Positions 53,323 through 64,000 of a DNA stretch of 64,000 nt are shown one piece after another. Source of the stretch: Coraliomargaritaceae bacterium (GTDB lineage: Bacteria > Verrucomicrobiota > Verrucomicrobiia > Opitutales > Coraliomargaritaceae); NCBI GenBank assembly GCA_965656495.1, contig CBFHKU010000004.1, positions 64,001-128,000 of the forward strand. The letters are read 5' to 3'. Within the stretch, counting starts at the first letter, position 1. Every line of letters begins with the position of its first letter. The notes below the pieces were generated by a model. The model had not been told where the DNA came from, did not search any database, and was given only the letters and a program-made list of their open reading frames with translations. Position numbers and translations under genes: made by a program.

Positions 53323-54342
53323 ATGCAGCAGAGAAAGCTTTTCTTTCCAATCAACGATCAATTTCGCGAATACCTGAGCAGTTTCAGGCGGGCCCGCGAG
53401 CTGCCCGTGATCTATGAGGATATGCTGCAATACGAGGAAACCTTTCCCCTCATCGACAAAGACGGGAATGATACCTTGTGGCTCACCCTTAAATATGAAC
53501 AGCAATTGGGCCAGGAACTCTACGAGGGCCTGAAGCGCATTTATGTAATGCTGCGCTCGGATGGAGACGAACGCGTGCTGGGCAACCTCTACATCGACCG
53601 GGTCGATTACTGCACCTTTGGAAACACCAAACCCATGCGGGTCCGCGTCGTGAATCAACACAACGACAACCATGATTACTTCTACGTGAAAAAAGCCGAC
53701 GCCTCGCGGGTGTATGGTCTGGAACTAGAGGAACTGCTCTCCCCCAATGATATCAACTTCATGGTCTGCGGTGACACCCTTATCGAGGAGCACATCATTG
53801 GTGTCCCGGGTGATGATTTTATTCGCGATTACCTCCCACGCCATGACCTGCACTCGGTACGCCTCGCCAAAGAATTCATTAAATTTAATGAACGTTGCTT
53901 CGTGCGCCTCTTGGGCGACATGCGTGCCTATAATTACGTCGTGGAAGTGACCCCCGATTTTGAGCAAAATCAATATCGCGTCAGAGCAATCGACTTTGAC
54001 CAACAATGCTATGAAGGTCGGCGTTCCCTCTATCTACCGCAATTTTTCAAAAACAACTTACCGGTAGTGGAACTGTGCTCCGAGTTGATTAACTACCAAA
54101 CCAGCCTGCAATACCAATACGAGGAGCGCTCCCTCATCAAACGACGCGTCAATTTTGTGATGGACCGCATCGACGCCCTTCGAACCTGCATGTGCGCCGA
54201 TCAAATATCCAGTCAGGAAAAAGTGGTTCAACTTGCTGCGGAATTAGCGGACATGCATGACGTCAGCGCATTCAACGAGTGTACCTCAATGGGCGAAATC
54301 ACTTTTATGAATATTGGTGTTACCCTTGAACTTGACTTCTAA
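53323..54342 (+). CDS. Hypothetical protein with atypical-kinase-like motifs
   Basis: FYVKK, GLELE, GDMRAYN, AIDFD. Confidence 0.7.
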   Translation: MQQRKLFFPINDQFREYLSSFRRARELPVIYEDMLQYEETFPLIDKDGNDTLWLTLKYEQQLGQELYEGLKRIYVMLRSDGDERVLGNLYIDRVDYCTFGNTKPMRVRVVNQHNDNHDYFYVKKADASRVYGLELEELLSPNDINFMVCGDTLIEEHIIGVPGDDFIRDYLPRHDLHSVRLAKEFIKFNERCFVRLLGDMRAYNYVVEVTPDFEQNQYRVRAIDFDQQCYEGRRSLYLPQFFKNNLPVVELCSELINYQTSLQYQYEERSLIKRRVNFVMDRIDALRTCMCADQISSQEKVVQLAAELADMHDVSAFNECTSMGEITFMNIGVTLELDF

Positions 54343-54938
54343 GAGCGCGTTTGCGCGCTTTCAACGGCAACATTAACGGGAATTGCATTTGAATGTGGCT
54401 GGCAATGGTAAATGAGATCATCGTAAATAGACTCAATATCAAAAGGAGCCTTACCGGGTTTTACTTCATAACGCTGCTGTATATAACGCTCACCCAGCGT
54501 TGACAACTGCCAGCCACGACCCACGTGCTCATACAGTGAGTGCCCCTTGCATTTGGCTTGCCGCATTGTATTGTCCGGGCGGTTTGGAATCATCAAACCC
54601 ACCTGAAGCGCAGTTTCACGTACCAGTCTTGTTTCAATCGGGAAAAGTCCATAAATTGAATAAAGCCATGCTACAATAAGATGCACATTATCCTTTAATC
54701 GGTCATGCTCATGACCCGAGAAAAACTCCGGACGCACAAGAGGTACCTTATGGCTAAATGCATTGATCTTTTTTAAATTCCTCGAATGTAGCTTCACGTT
54801 ATCACGGCTGTTCGGTGTGGTGAGGACATTACCAAAGGCCATTCTCAGGAGAACCTCGGAGGCACGCTCTTGCAAAGCTGGATCCAGCGATTTGATGATA
54901 CCGTTTATTTCTAAAATTTTGTTTACAGCATTTTTCAT
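54339..54938 (-). CDS. Hypothetical protein, possibly winged-helix
   Basis: 199-aa ORF, AT-richer; GWQLSTLGERYI resembles a wing motif. Confidence 0.55.
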   Translation of the reverse strand: MKNAVNKILEINGIIKSLDPALQERASEVLLRMAFGNVLTTPNSRDNVKLHSRNLKKINAFSHKVPLVRPEFFSGHEHDRLKDNVHLIVAWLYSIYGLFPIETRLVRETALQVGLMIPNRPDNTMRQAKCKGHSLYEHVGRGWQLSTLGERYIQQRYEVKPGKAPFDIESIYDDLIYHCQPHSNAIPVNVAVESAQTRS

Positions 54939-55069
54939 GAATATACGCGTAGCGAGTATCTGGATGATAATATTTTACTAACACAAAATTATACTTATAT
55001 TTTATACTGTCAATAACTAGTAATAAAAATAATTCATGCCATCGAGTTGCCCACCCGTCTTCTTATGGC

Positions 55070-55495
55070 CTATTGAGGCTTTAATGTATCCCAGGGAAGC
55101 CGGGCACAGTTCAGGCGGGAGGGAAAGGCCCGGATTGCCCCCAAGGCCGCAAATGCATCGATGGGGTGGTCGGCTTGCCCCGAATCACCTTCCAAATGCG
55201 CCAAACCCTTGGCGTGCAGCACTTCAAAATTGCGGAACTCGTCCTGCATCGCTTTTTCAAGGAGGATGGAGGCACTTGCTTTACAAATGGCGCAGGCCGC
55301 ACATTCAAAGCTCGCAGCTTCTATTTTTCCCTCTGAACGCTTGAGATAAAAGGTTATTTTATCACCACAGAGCGGGTTATAACCTTCTTTGACCTCGGTA
55401 TAATCCGGCAAAATGCCGTAATGACGGGGCGTTTTATTGTGTTCAAGGATGGTGGCCTGATACAACTCGTGTAAAACTGCGTGTTCGTCATTCAT
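55070..55495 (-). CDS. sufU: SufU/NifU-family Fe-S assembly protein
   Basis: LYQATILEH, NPLCGD, CAICKASAS, RLNCARLPW. Confidence 0.92.
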   Translation of the reverse strand: MNDEHAVLHELYQATILEHNKTPRHYGILPDYTEVKEGYNPLCGDKITFYLKRSEGKIEAASFECAACAICKASASILLEKAMQDEFRNFEVLHAKGLAHLEGDSGQADHPIDAFAALGAIRAFPSRLNCARLPWDTLKPQ

Positions 55496-55530
55496 ACTCC
55501 TTGGCAGGGCATTGGATCCGCCGGTGACTC

Positions 55531-56760
55531 TCAATCAAAAAATCGACGGAGCTTGTGTAGCGCCGCACTCAATCGCTCGACTTCTTCCAGAGTATTGTAA
55601 AAAGCAAATGAGGCGCGGGCGGTCGCGGCATGGCCAAAATACTTGAGCAGGGGCTGGGTGCAGTGGTGTCCAGCCCGTATTGCGATCCCGTCCGCATTGA
55701 GAAAAGTTCCGATATCATGCGGATGCACGCCCTCAACCAAGAAGGAAAGCACCGAGGCTTTTTGAGGCGCGGAACCAAAAATCTGAAGGCCGGGAACCTC
55801 CGCCAACGCAGCGGTCGCAGCCTCCAGTAAGCTTTGTTCGTGCGCAAGCGCGGCAGCGCGATCCAACCCGTTCAGGTAATCGATCGCCGCACCCAAGCCA
55901 ATCACGCCTGCGATATGCGGCGTGCCCGCCTCAAATTTTCCGGGCAGACCCTTGTAAGTGGTCCCCTCAAAATCGACCACCTCGATCATGTCACCCCCAC
56001 CCTGATACGGCGGCAGGCGTTCCAGCCATTCCCGCTTGCCCCACAAGACCCCAATCCCGGTCGGGCCAAAGAGCTTATGCCCGGAAAAGACGAAAAAATC
56101 ACAACCCAAGTCCGCCACATCCGCCGCTGCATGTGGTACGAGTTGAGCCCCGTCCAACAAAACCGGGATCCCTTTGGCATGCGCCATCGCGATCATTTCC
56201 TTTGCGGGATTTATGGTGCCCAGAGTATTGGAGGTATGCACAAAGGCAAAGATGCGGGTGCGCTCATTTAAAAGCGTGGGCAGGGCCTCCATATCGAGCG
56301 AACCATCCGGCAAAACCGGAACCACCTTGAGTTCCGCGCCAGTGCGCTCGGCTGCCATTTGCCAAGGTACGATGTTGGCATGGTGCTCCATGTGGGTGAT
56401 CAGAATTTCGTCTCCCGGCCCAAGGCAGGTTTTAGTGAATCCCTCCGCAATGAGATTGATGCTTTCGGTCGCTCCCCTGGTAAAAATAACCTCTGCCGCA
56501 TCCTTCGCTCCCAGATGATCCGCTACTTTTTGCCGTACCCCTTCGTAGGCATCCGTCAAATGCTCGCTCAAATAATGAACCCCTCGGTGAATGTTGGCGT
56601 TTTCGAATGCATAGTAGCGTTCCAGTGCTTCGATCACGGCTTTGGGCTTTTGCGCAGTCGCGGCATTATCCAAATAGGTAAGCGGGCGCCCGCCGACCTC
56701 CCGATGTAAAATCGGAAAATCCGCACGTATATTTTCAGTATCAAAACGAGTATCAAGCAT
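55531..56760 (-). CDS. sufS: Cysteine desulfurase SufS
   Basis: [28 protein letters not shown]. Confidence 0.96.
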   Translation of the reverse strand: MLDTRFDTENIRADFPILHREVGGRPLTYLDNAATAQKPKAVIEALERYYAFENANIHRGVHYLSEHLTDAYEGVRQKVADHLGAKDAAEVIFTRGATESINLIAEGFTKTCLGPGDEILITHMEHHANIVPWQMAAERTGAELKVVPVLPDGSLDMEALPTLLNERTRIFAFVHTSNTLGTINPAKEMIAMAHAKGIPVLLDGAQLVPHAAADVADLGCDFFVFSGHKLFGPTGIGVLWGKREWLERLPPYQGGGDMIEVVDFEGTTYKGLPGKFEAGTPHIAGVIGLGAAIDYLNGLDRAAALAHEQSLLEAATAALAEVPGLQIFGSAPQKASVLSFLVEGVHPHDIGTFLNADGIAIRAGHHCTQPLLKYFGHAATARASFAFYNTLEEVERLSAALHKLRRFFD

Positions 56761-56829
56761 ACCTATTCAAATGTATAAAACGTAAAATATGCGGCGATGC
56801 TTCCCTTTGGCAAACGAAGAGCGCAATTC

Positions 56830-57666
56830 CTACTGGACGCTCTCTTTGGAGTTCTGCTCCGTCTGGGACTTCAGGATCATAAGTTTTTCCATATCCATCC
56901 CCGGACGAAAATCCAGCAAGGCGTCGAATTCCAGGGGTAAGGGTGAACCCACTTCCACTTTCCTATTTGTACCATTAAAATGATAACTAAGCATGATTTC
57001 GCTGGAGTGGAGCATCAGGCGCTTGATTTGAGTCTCACTTTTAATATCGCGGTTAAAACTAAAACTCCCATAGGTCTGGTCGCCCACAATCGGAATTTTG
57101 TGCTTGCTGCATTGAATGCGCAGTTGGTGCGTCCGCCCCGTCACCGGAAACAATTTTATGAGGCTAAGCGGAAATCCCGCTGGCGCCTTACGAATGAGCT
57201 GATAGCGCGACTTTGCCCGCACTGAAAGCGCATTACGTATGACGCGGTTCCCGTTCTTTCGATCCTTCATAAAACGATCCTCCCAGACACCTGCCACACC
57301 TTTGGGCGAACCCTTCACCAGCGCGTAATAAATCTTTGTCACTTTTCGCAAAGCAAAGGCTTCCTTAATCACCGGCGTGAGCTCGCGATTCAAGGAAAGC
57401 AGGATCACTCCAGAGGTCGCCGAGTCCAAGCGGTGAATCAAATCCGCCTCTCGCTCCTGACCCTCCGCGTCCACCCACCGGTAACATTCCATCTTCAAGT
57501 CATAGTATGCATTCAGCAAGGATCGCTTCTCGTCCCGCTTGCAATTAGGGTGCGACATCATGCCTGCCGGTTTTTCAAGCGCCAGCAAACCATCCTTGTT
57601 GTAATCCAAAATCCGCACCCCTCTCCCAAATGGTAAATGCGACGGCTCTAATGTCTCAATTTTCAC
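56830..57666 (-). CDS. RluA-family pseudouridine synthase
   Basis: KPAG, HRLDSATSG, TGRTHQLR, PIVGD..YG. Confidence 0.93.
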   Translation of the reverse strand: MKIETLEPSHLPFGRGVRILDYNKDGLLALEKPAGMMSHPNCKRDEKRSLLNAYYDLKMECYRWVDAEGQEREADLIHRLDSATSGVILLSLNRELTPVIKEAFALRKVTKIYYALVKGSPKGVAGVWEDRFMKDRKNGNRVIRNALSVRAKSRYQLIRKAPAGFPLSLIKLFPVTGRTHQLRIQCSKHKIPIVGDQTYGSFSFNRDIKSETQIKRLMLHSSEIMLSYHFNGTNRKVEVGSPLPLEFDALLDFRPGMDMEKLMILKSQTEQNSKESVQ

Positions 57667-58736
57667 TGATAGATAAATACCACGGTTAGCTCGTGCGAGT
57701 CACCATAAACTTCAATCATTTCTTTTGTCCACGGTCGAAATTGTTTTGGTTTCGAAATCGCATTCTCACAGATGATGGTCGCAATTTCAGACGCAGTCGA
57801 ATACACCGCCTTCACATCGGTCACGGTGCCGTCAGCCCGCATCGTAAAACGCACCTGTACCCGCGTCTTTAGATCAATCGGCTGATAATACTCAATGTCC
57901 TGATACCATCCCGTTACGACCGCCGCGAAAAATTGCTGCTGATACTCCCCGAATTCACTGAAGCTCGCATTGATTGATAGTTTCCCGCGATGCGAGGCAG
58001 CCCCCGCACTTTGCATCAGCGGCCCCATGATCAATTTCGGATCCAGACGCGGACGCGGTTTCGCCTGGGTGGGATCCCCGCTCGGCACCATTGCCTCCGT
58101 CGCTTTCACCTCGGTCGGTTGATACAGCCGCACCCTTCCATCCGGTTCCCCGCTTGCCTGCGCCGCGACTTCCTTCTGTGGCGTGCTTCCCACTTCACCC
58201 ATATCTGCAAGCGCGGCCTCCTTTAAAAATTCCGGTCGTTCGATTCCCTTCGGTGGCAAGGCTACGGGCGTCGCCACCTGTGCCGGGTTTTGATTCGCCG
58301 CGCCGGGAGCCGGTTGCGGCGTTACGGCAGCACTCGCAAGCTGCCCTTCCAGAATTTTCTGGGATTGCTCCACCCCATCCACCCGGGGCTGGTTCTCGGC
58401 GCTCATCGGTACCGGATCCGCCTCCGCCGCCTGCTGATTCCGGAAGGAGTATTGCTTCGTAGTATCGGGCGTATTCTCCGGCGCATCGGGATTTGCCTCC
58501 ACAAAACGCAGCTCCTCCGGTTTTATTATCTCAAGCTCCAGCTCGAGTGCTTCAGGTTCCGCTGGCAAGGCGGCCTGCGGCAACATCCGCTCGGGGAGCA
58601 AATAAAGCAAAATCAGGTGCAAGAGAATCGACAGCACAAACGCCAAACGCGTATTTCCACGATTCAACGACTCAGTAGGCAAATACCCCTTTGGGGCATC
58701 CGATACCTTCGCACAGTTGGTCGCATTCAAAGTCAT
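57663..58736 (-). CDS. TonB/TolA-like membrane-anchored protein
   Basis: N-terminal TM with SILLH, Pro/Ala-rich linker, C-terminal VRFTMRADGTV. Confidence 0.6.
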   Translation of the reverse strand: MTLNATNCAKVSDAPKGYLPTESLNRGNTRLAFVLSILLHLILLYLLPERMLPQAALPAEPEALELELEIIKPEELRFVEANPDAPENTPDTTKQYSFRNQQAAEADPVPMSAENQPRVDGVEQSQKILEGQLASAAVTPQPAPGAANQNPAQVATPVALPPKGIERPEFLKEAALADMGEVGSTPQKEVAAQASGEPDGRVRLYQPTEVKATEAMVPSGDPTQAKPRPRLDPKLIMGPLMQSAGAASHRGKLSINASFSEFGEYQQQFFAAVVTGWYQDIEYYQPIDLKTRVQVRFTMRADGTVTDVKAVYSTASEIATIICENAISKPKQFRPWTKEMIEVYGDSHELTVVFIYQ

Positions 58737-59344
58737 TCAATACTTGAGAGCCGCAAATTATAACCCAGTTCCCTTAAAATCTCAGCCAAACGCTGAATCG
58801 GCAAGCCCATTACATTTTCCACGGAACCCGTCACCGAATCGATTATCATTTCGCGACCCTCCTGTATTCCGTAAGCCCCCGCCTTGTCGAGGGGATTGAC
58901 CCGCGCGTGATAGGCTTGGATCGTCGCGGCATCCAGCACATGGAAACGCACCTTGCTCGCCTCCACAAAATCATAGGCGTAAGCACGCTCGCGGCAGCGC
59001 AACGCCACTGCCGTGTGAACGGTGTGTTCCCTTCCCGACAGTAATTCCAGCATCGCCTGCGCCGCCCCCAAATCCCGTGGTTTGCCGAGCACCCGATCCT
59101 CCACCGCCACCGTGGTATCAGAACCCAGCACCAAGGCCGCTTCATTTTTTAATGCCACCGCATCCGCCTTTAACGCGGCATTGTGCGCGACCATCCACTC
59201 CGGGCCCTGCGCAGTGCACTCCGATTCCTCCACCGGAGCGGCCTCCACCTCGAAGTCCAGCCCCAAACGCGCGAGCAGTTCATGGCGACGCGGCGACGCC
59301 GAGGCCAATATAAAGGGTGCAGGATCTAGTTGTTTTGATGCCAT
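58733..59344 (-). CDS. maf: Maf-family nucleotide pyrophosphatase
   Basis: ILASASPRR, GSDTTV, LGKP, DKAGAYGIQ, NVMGLP. Confidence 0.95.
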   Translation of the reverse strand: MASKQLDPAPFILASASPRRHELLARLGLDFEVEAAPVEESECTAQGPEWMVAHNAALKADAVALKNEAALVLGSDTTVAVEDRVLGKPRDLGAAQAMLELLSGREHTVHTAVALRCRERAYAYDFVEASKVRFHVLDAATIQAYHARVNPLDKAGAYGIQEGREMIIDSVTGSVENVMGLPIQRLAEILRELGYNLRLSSIE

Positions 59345-59435
59345 CAACCCGCATCTTTCATTTGCAATCGTTCACAAACAAACAAATTCTTAACTTTCAC
59401 AGTTAATAACTGTTATTAACTGTTTGTAGCACCGC

Positions 59436-61067
59436 ATGAAAATAGGAATCGCACAAATCAATCCCACCGTCGGAGACCTCACCGGCAATTGCGCCCGTTT
59501 GCTTGAGGCGTACACCGAATTGGTCGATGCGGGCGCCGACCTGATCCTCGCTCCGGAATTGGCGACCTGTGGCTACCCGCCCCGCGACCTCCTCTTTAAA
59601 TCCAGATTCGTCCGCGATACCGAAGACGCCCTCCTTGCCCTCACCGCCAAAATCGGCACCGTCCCCCTCGTCACCGGTACCGTCATCAACGAGGACGGCG
59701 CCTGCTACAACGCCGCCGCGTGGTGCGAAAACGGCGTCATCCAAACCATCGGACGCAAATGCCTCCTGCCCACCTACGACGTCTTTGACGAAACCCGCTA
59801 CTTCAAACCCGCCGCCGCTCCCACCATCCACTCATGGAACGGACTCAAGATCGGACTCACCATTTGCGAGGATATCTGGGCTCAATCCGACCAACCCGCT
59901 AAAGCGCACTACCCCGCCGATCCCCTCAAAGCCCTCGCCGGCGCAGATCTGGATTACCTCCTCAATCTTTCCGCGAGCCCCTGGCAATCGGGCAAGGCAG
60001 GGCAACGCGAGGCCCTCGTCCGCGCTGCCGCGGAGCGCTGCAACTGCCCCGTCATTTATTGCAACGCGGTCGGCGGAAACGACGAACTCATCTTTGACGG
60101 TGGCAGCATCGTCCATCATCCCCAACGCGGCATCCTCGCGGGACTCGCCTCCTTCCAAACCGAAAACGCCGTCATCGATCTTTCCCTGACCGAAGCTGCG
60201 CCCATCTCTCCTTGCTACAACCCCGTCGGGATGGCGGCCATTCATCAGGCGCTCGTACTCGGCCTCCGCGATTACGCCCGCAAGTGCGGATTCCAACGGG
60301 TCCTCCTCGGCCTCAGCGGCGGAATCGACTCTGCGGTGGTCTGCGCCCTCGCCGCCGAGGCGATGGGCCCGGAAAACGTCATCGGTATCGCCCTGCCCTC
60401 CGCCATTTCCAGCGAACACAGCCGCAGCGACGCCGCCGACCTCGCCCAACGCCTCGGCATCCAATTCCACGAAATCCCCATCAGCGAAACCGTCGCCGCC
60501 GCCGAAGAAGCGCTCCAGCCGCTCTTCAAGGATTTACCCGCCGATGTCACCGAGGAAAACCTGCAGGCCCGCGCCCGGGGTCTCCTGCTCATGGCGCTCT
60601 CCAATAAATACGGCGCCCTCCTGCTCACCACCGGCAACAAGAGCGAAATCGCGGTGGGTTACTGCACCCTCTACGGCGATATGTGCGGCGGACTCGCCGT
60701 GATCTCCGACCTCCCGAAAATGAAAGTGTACGCCCTCGCCCGCCACCTCAATTCCGAGCGGGAACTCATCCCCCTCAATACCATCGAGAAGCCCCCCTCC
60801 GCCGAACTCCGCCCCGACCAGGCCGACTCCGATTCCCTCCCGCCCTACCCCGTCCTCGACGGAATCCTTCAACTCTACGTCGAAGAAGGCCGTTCCCGCG
60901 CCGAAATCACCGCAGCGGGTTACGAATCTGAGACCGTCGACGCCATCGTCCGACTCGTTGACCTCAACGAATACAAACGCAAACAAGCCGCCCCCGGACT
61001 CAAAACAACCCCCCTCGCCTTCGGGGTCGGACGACGCATCCCCATCGTTCAAAAATACGTCAATTAA
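59436..61067 (+). CDS. nadE: Glutamine-dependent NAD+ synthetase
   Basis: Nitrilase domain (PEL, ICEDIW) plus [20 protein letters not shown]. Confidence 0.96.
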   Translation: MKIGIAQINPTVGDLTGNCARLLEAYTELVDAGADLILAPELATCGYPPRDLLFKSRFVRDTEDALLALTAKIGTVPLVTGTVINEDGACYNAAAWCENGVIQTIGRKCLLPTYDVFDETRYFKPAAAPTIHSWNGLKIGLTICEDIWAQSDQPAKAHYPADPLKALAGADLDYLLNLSASPWQSGKAGQREALVRAAAERCNCPVIYCNAVGGNDELIFDGGSIVHHPQRGILAGLASFQTENAVIDLSLTEAAPISPCYNPVGMAAIHQALVLGLRDYARKCGFQRVLLGLSGGIDSAVVCALAAEAMGPENVIGIALPSAISSEHSRSDAADLAQRLGIQFHEIPISETVAAAEEALQPLFKDLPADVTEENLQARARGLLLMALSNKYGALLLTTGNKSEIAVGYCTLYGDMCGGLAVISDLPKMKVYALARHLNSERELIPLNTIEKPPSAELRPDQADSDSLPPYPVLDGILQLYVEEGRSRAEITAAGYESETVDAIVRLVDLNEYKRKQAAPGLKTTPLAFGVGRRIPIVQKYVN

Positions 61068-61096
61068 ACGACATCCCCGATTCAACCTCACATTTC

Positions 61097-62389
61097 ATGG
61101 ATAACGATACCAGTTCAACCGCACTCTTTAAACAAGCGCAGGCCCTCATTCCCGGCGGCGTCAACTCCCCCGTACGCGCCTTCCGTTCCGTCGGCGGCAG
61201 CCCCTTCTTCACCGCTCGCGCCGAGGGCGCCCAACTCCACACCAGCGACGGCCGCGCCCTCATCGACTACGTCTGCACCTGGGGCCCCGCCATCCACGGT
61301 CACAACGACCCCGAGATCCGCGCCGCCCTTGCCGCCGCCCTCGACCGGGGCACCAGCTTTGGCACCCCCAACCCCGACGAGGTCAAAATGGCAGAACGCC
61401 TCGTCGCGATGGTCCCCTCCCTTGAAAAAGTCCGTATGTGCAACAGCGGAACCGAAGCCACCCTTTCCGCAGTCCGCCTCGCCCGGGGATTCACGGGGCG
61501 CGATAAAATCATCAAATTCGCGGGCTGTTACCACGGTCACGTGGATTCCCTCCTCGTCAAAGCGGGTTCCGGAGCCCTCACCCTCGGCAACCCCGACAGC
61601 GCCGGCATCCCCGCCAGTTTTGCCGCCGAGACCATCGTGCTCGAATACAACGACCTCGAAGCCCTCGAAGCCTGCTTCACCGAACAGGGCGACCAGATCG
61701 CCGGACTCATCCTCGAACCCTACCCCGCCAACTGCGGCCTCATCCTCCCCGAACCGGGCTTCCTCGAAGGAGTCCGCAAACGCTGTACCCAACACTCCAC
61801 CGTCCTGATCTTTGACGAAGTCATGACCGGATTCCGACTCGCCCCGGGCGGCGTGCAGGAACGCATCGGGATCACCCCCGACCTCACCGCCCTCGGTAAA
61901 ATCATCGGCGGCGGCCTCCCGGTCGGCGCCCTCGGCGGCAAAGCCGAAATCATGGATCACCTCGCCCCCCTCGGTCCGGTTTACCAAGCCGGAACCCTCA
62001 GCGGCAACCCCCTCGCGATGGCCGCCGGAATCGCCTCCCTCGACAAACTCCTCCAAACACAACCCTACCCCGCCCTCGATGCAATGGGCGCCCAAATCGC
62101 CAACGCCCTACAGGATGCCGCCCACCAAAAAGGCATCCCCCTCCAAGTACCCCAAGTCGGCTCCATGTTCGCCTGCTTCTTCGCCGAACAACCCGTCCGC
62201 AACTACAACCAAGCCACCGCCAGCAACACCAGCGCCTTCAAACAACTCTTCAACCACGCCCTCGCCCACGGCATCTACCTCCCCCCCTCCCCCTACGAAA
62301 CCTGCTTCATCAGCAGCGCCCACCAAAACCAGCACATCGAAAAAACCATCGAAGTCCTCGTTCAAGGCATCCACGCCCTCGAAATATAA
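61097..62389 (+). CDS. hemL: Glutamate-1-semialdehyde 2,1-aminomutase
   Basis: [42 protein letters not shown]. Confidence 0.97.
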   Translation: MDNDTSSTALFKQAQALIPGGVNSPVRAFRSVGGSPFFTARAEGAQLHTSDGRALIDYVCTWGPAIHGHNDPEIRAALAAALDRGTSFGTPNPDEVKMAERLVAMVPSLEKVRMCNSGTEATLSAVRLARGFTGRDKIIKFAGCYHGHVDSLLVKAGSGALTLGNPDSAGIPASFAAETIVLEYNDLEALEACFTEQGDQIAGLILEPYPANCGLILPEPGFLEGVRKRCTQHSTVLIFDEVMTGFRLAPGGVQERIGITPDLTALGKIIGGGLPVGALGGKAEIMDHLAPLGPVYQAGTLSGNPLAMAAGIASLDKLLQTQPYPALDAMGAQIANALQDAAHQKGIPLQVPQVGSMFACFFAEQPVRNYNQATASNTSAFKQLFNHALAHGIYLPPSPYETCFISSAHQNQHIEKTIEVLVQGIHALEI

Positions 62390-62643
62390 GAAGCTTGAGA
62401 ACCTTGAGGGAGTTGGAAGTTTTTAGTTGAACCTTGGAAATCCAAATTCACCACAGAGCAACAGAGTACACAAAGGGTTTCATTAAAGCTTCAGTGTCCA
62501 GGCAACGCTCCGTGCTCTTCCTGCCTTCGTAGTGAGCGTTCTCTGATTAAGATTAGGAGTAAGACCTAGACTAATCCCAACGAACAACTAGCAACGTTCA
62601 ACACCTTCCCTTCAACGTTCAATGTTCGACGTTCAACGTTCAT
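62390..62643. repeat. Mosaic of degenerate short-period repeats (9-, 6- and 7-bp)
   Basis: CACCACAGAGCAACAGAGTACACAAAG near 62449; GATTAAGATTAGGAGTAAGAC near 62545; CAACGTT-like units 62578-62641. Confidence 0.7.
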
Positions 62644-62767
62644 AACCCTTCCCCCAGCATTCAGAAACTAATGGCACGCATTAATTTTACTTTTTATTTA
62701 ATATACTCATTGATTTTAGGCTTAATGCGGTTTTTAATAATACCCTGTTTTTCATCTACACGCGACC

Positions 62768-64000
62768 ATGCCCCTCAGCGAAGCCAAAGCACATCAAATT
62801 TCTTCAAGCCCCATTAAACTTGAGGATTGCTGGGCCAAGACTGATACAGAAACGGGAGAAATAAATTTAACCGTACTCGACCACAGTCTAACAGTTGGGG
62901 TCGTTGCGGGTGCGCTCTATTGTGCCTCCTTGAATCAAGTTTGCCGACGACTGCCACTTGGTTTCCAGACCTTAATCGCTTCCCACGATATTGGTAAACT
63001 CACCCCTGGCTTTCAACTCAAGGCCACGAAGTGGATTCACCATGAAAGTTTGTTGAATTTAGTATGTAACAGAAACCTATGTACTAAGCATGCAATCATC
63101 AGCCAATGGCATCTTTCGCAAAATCCTAGTTTCAATACTAGCACCAAAGGATGGCTCCTTTCGACAGGCGGACACCATGGCAGTTATATAAGTTCAATCA
63201 TCCCTCAGATGGCAAGATATGAAGGCGGTGATACAATCTTTAACGGTTTACGTGATCAACTGCTTGAAATCTTGATTGAGACCTTCGGGCCCTTACCTCA
63301 CGAATCCGCCGAAGAACAACAGGCAAGAATTCACCTTTTAACAGGCCTCACAATCTTTGCAGATTGGATTGGCTCAAACACAAACTGGTTTCCACCAAAC
63401 AAAAGACATAACCTCGAAACGCTCCGCAATACTGCCGAAGATTGCCTTGAGAAGCTCTTTTGGGAAGTTGAGCCTCAAAAGGACTTGAGTTTCGGGGCGC
63501 AGTTCAATCCCGCTAAGCCCAAAGCCTTCCAGCCGCGCAGCATTCAATCCGCACTGCTTGAAGCGGCACAACATCCCGGTCTTTATATCGTAGAAGCACC
63601 GATGGGCATGGGAAAAACGGAAGCAGCCCTCTCTGCAGCCTATCAACTATGGAATAAAAAAGCTGCTCGGGGTTTATACTTTGCCCTTCCCACTCAACTG
63701 ACCTCAGAAAAAATCAACGAGCGCATCTTCAAGTTCCTTGAGAACACCTTTGAATCAACCACCATCCAAACCCTAATCCATGGGAACGCTTGGCTGAATG
63801 AGGAGCAAAGCCGTCGTTTGGTTCACCCTAACACAAAAGAAGATGCTGAGGAAAAGAGCGATACGGATGAAGCGCTTCGTTGGTATAGTACAACACGAAA
63901 ACAACTGCTCGCTCCTTTTGGAGCTGGCACGATTGATCAAGCTCTACTCGCGATTCTCCCGGCTAAATTCGCCGCCCTCCGGTGCTTCGCCCTGGCGGGT
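62768..64000 (+). CDS. cas3: CRISPR-associated helicase/endonuclease Cas3 (type I, I-E-like), 3'-truncated by the window edge
   Basis: Hand translation, 411 open codons: CWAKT, LDHS, SHDIGK..PGFQ, GGHHG, FADWIGS, EAPMGMGKTEAAL, FALPTQ, LLAPFGAGTIDQAL; absent from the ORF track because there is no stop in the window. Confidence 0.95.
   Translation, partial: MPLSEAKAHQISSSPIKLEDCWAKTDTETGEINLTVLDHSLTVGVVAGALYCASLNQVCRRLPLGFQTLIASHDIGKLTPGFQLKATKWIHHESLLNLVCNRNLCTKHAIISQWHLSQNPSFNTSTKGWLLSTGGHHGSYISSIIPQMARYEGGDTIFNGLRDQLLEILIETFGPLPHESAEEQQARIHLLTGLTIFADWIGSNTNWFPPNKRHNLETLRNTAEDCLEKLFWEVEPQKDLSFGAQFNPAKPKAFQPRSIQSALLEAAQHPGLYIVEAPMGMGKTEAALSAAYQLWNKKAARGLYFALPTQLTSEKINERIFKFLENTFESTTIQTLIHGNAWLNEEQSRRLVHPNTKEDAEEKSDTDEALRWYSTTRKQLLAPFGAGTIDQALLAILPAKFAALRCFALAG

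Noticed and set aside
59400..62389. Extreme C-richness of the + strand
   Set aside because: Ordinary housekeeping genes; also seen in leuB, alaS and antisense of lepA, so best explained by strand skew and codon bias rather than foreign origin.
62390..62767. Possible CRISPR array upstream of cas3
   Set aside because: No constant 25-40 bp repeat with regular spacers; only short-period degenerate repeats.
63374..63646. 90-aa minus-strand ORF
   Set aside because: Antisense to the open cas3 frame.

Overview
A 64-kb bacterial chromosomal segment. A PEP-CTERM protein, an SHD1-like/thioredoxin fusion and the general gene content suggest Verrucomicrobiota (Opitutales/Coraliomargarita-like); this is inference. 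Most of the window is housekeeping: leuS, lpxI, metF, leuB, alaS, smpB, rpoZ, malQ, asd, gatCAB, lepAB, a glycerol operon, fabD, cysE, pheST, rsfS, nadD, cysI/cysJ, msrB, dnaX, sufSU, maf, nadE and hemL, plus tRNA-Arg(TCT), SRP RNA and the 5' part of a type I cas3 running off the right edge. The main oddities: (1) between leuB and alaS, a GxxExxY nuclease-fold gene bounded by perfect 23-bp inverted repeats, in a three-unit tandem array with two internally deleted copies, joined by in-frame AlaS-N/LeuB-C chimeric mini-ORFs; (2) two more inserts bracketed by duplicated 5' ends of essential genes (lepA, tRNA-Arg); (3) dnaX stopping right after an A10 run, with its C-terminal part in the -1 frame; (4) glpD with only an ATA where the start codon should be; (5) a REP cluster and a mosaic of short-period repeats upstream of cas3. 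All calls come from reading the sequence; no searches were run.
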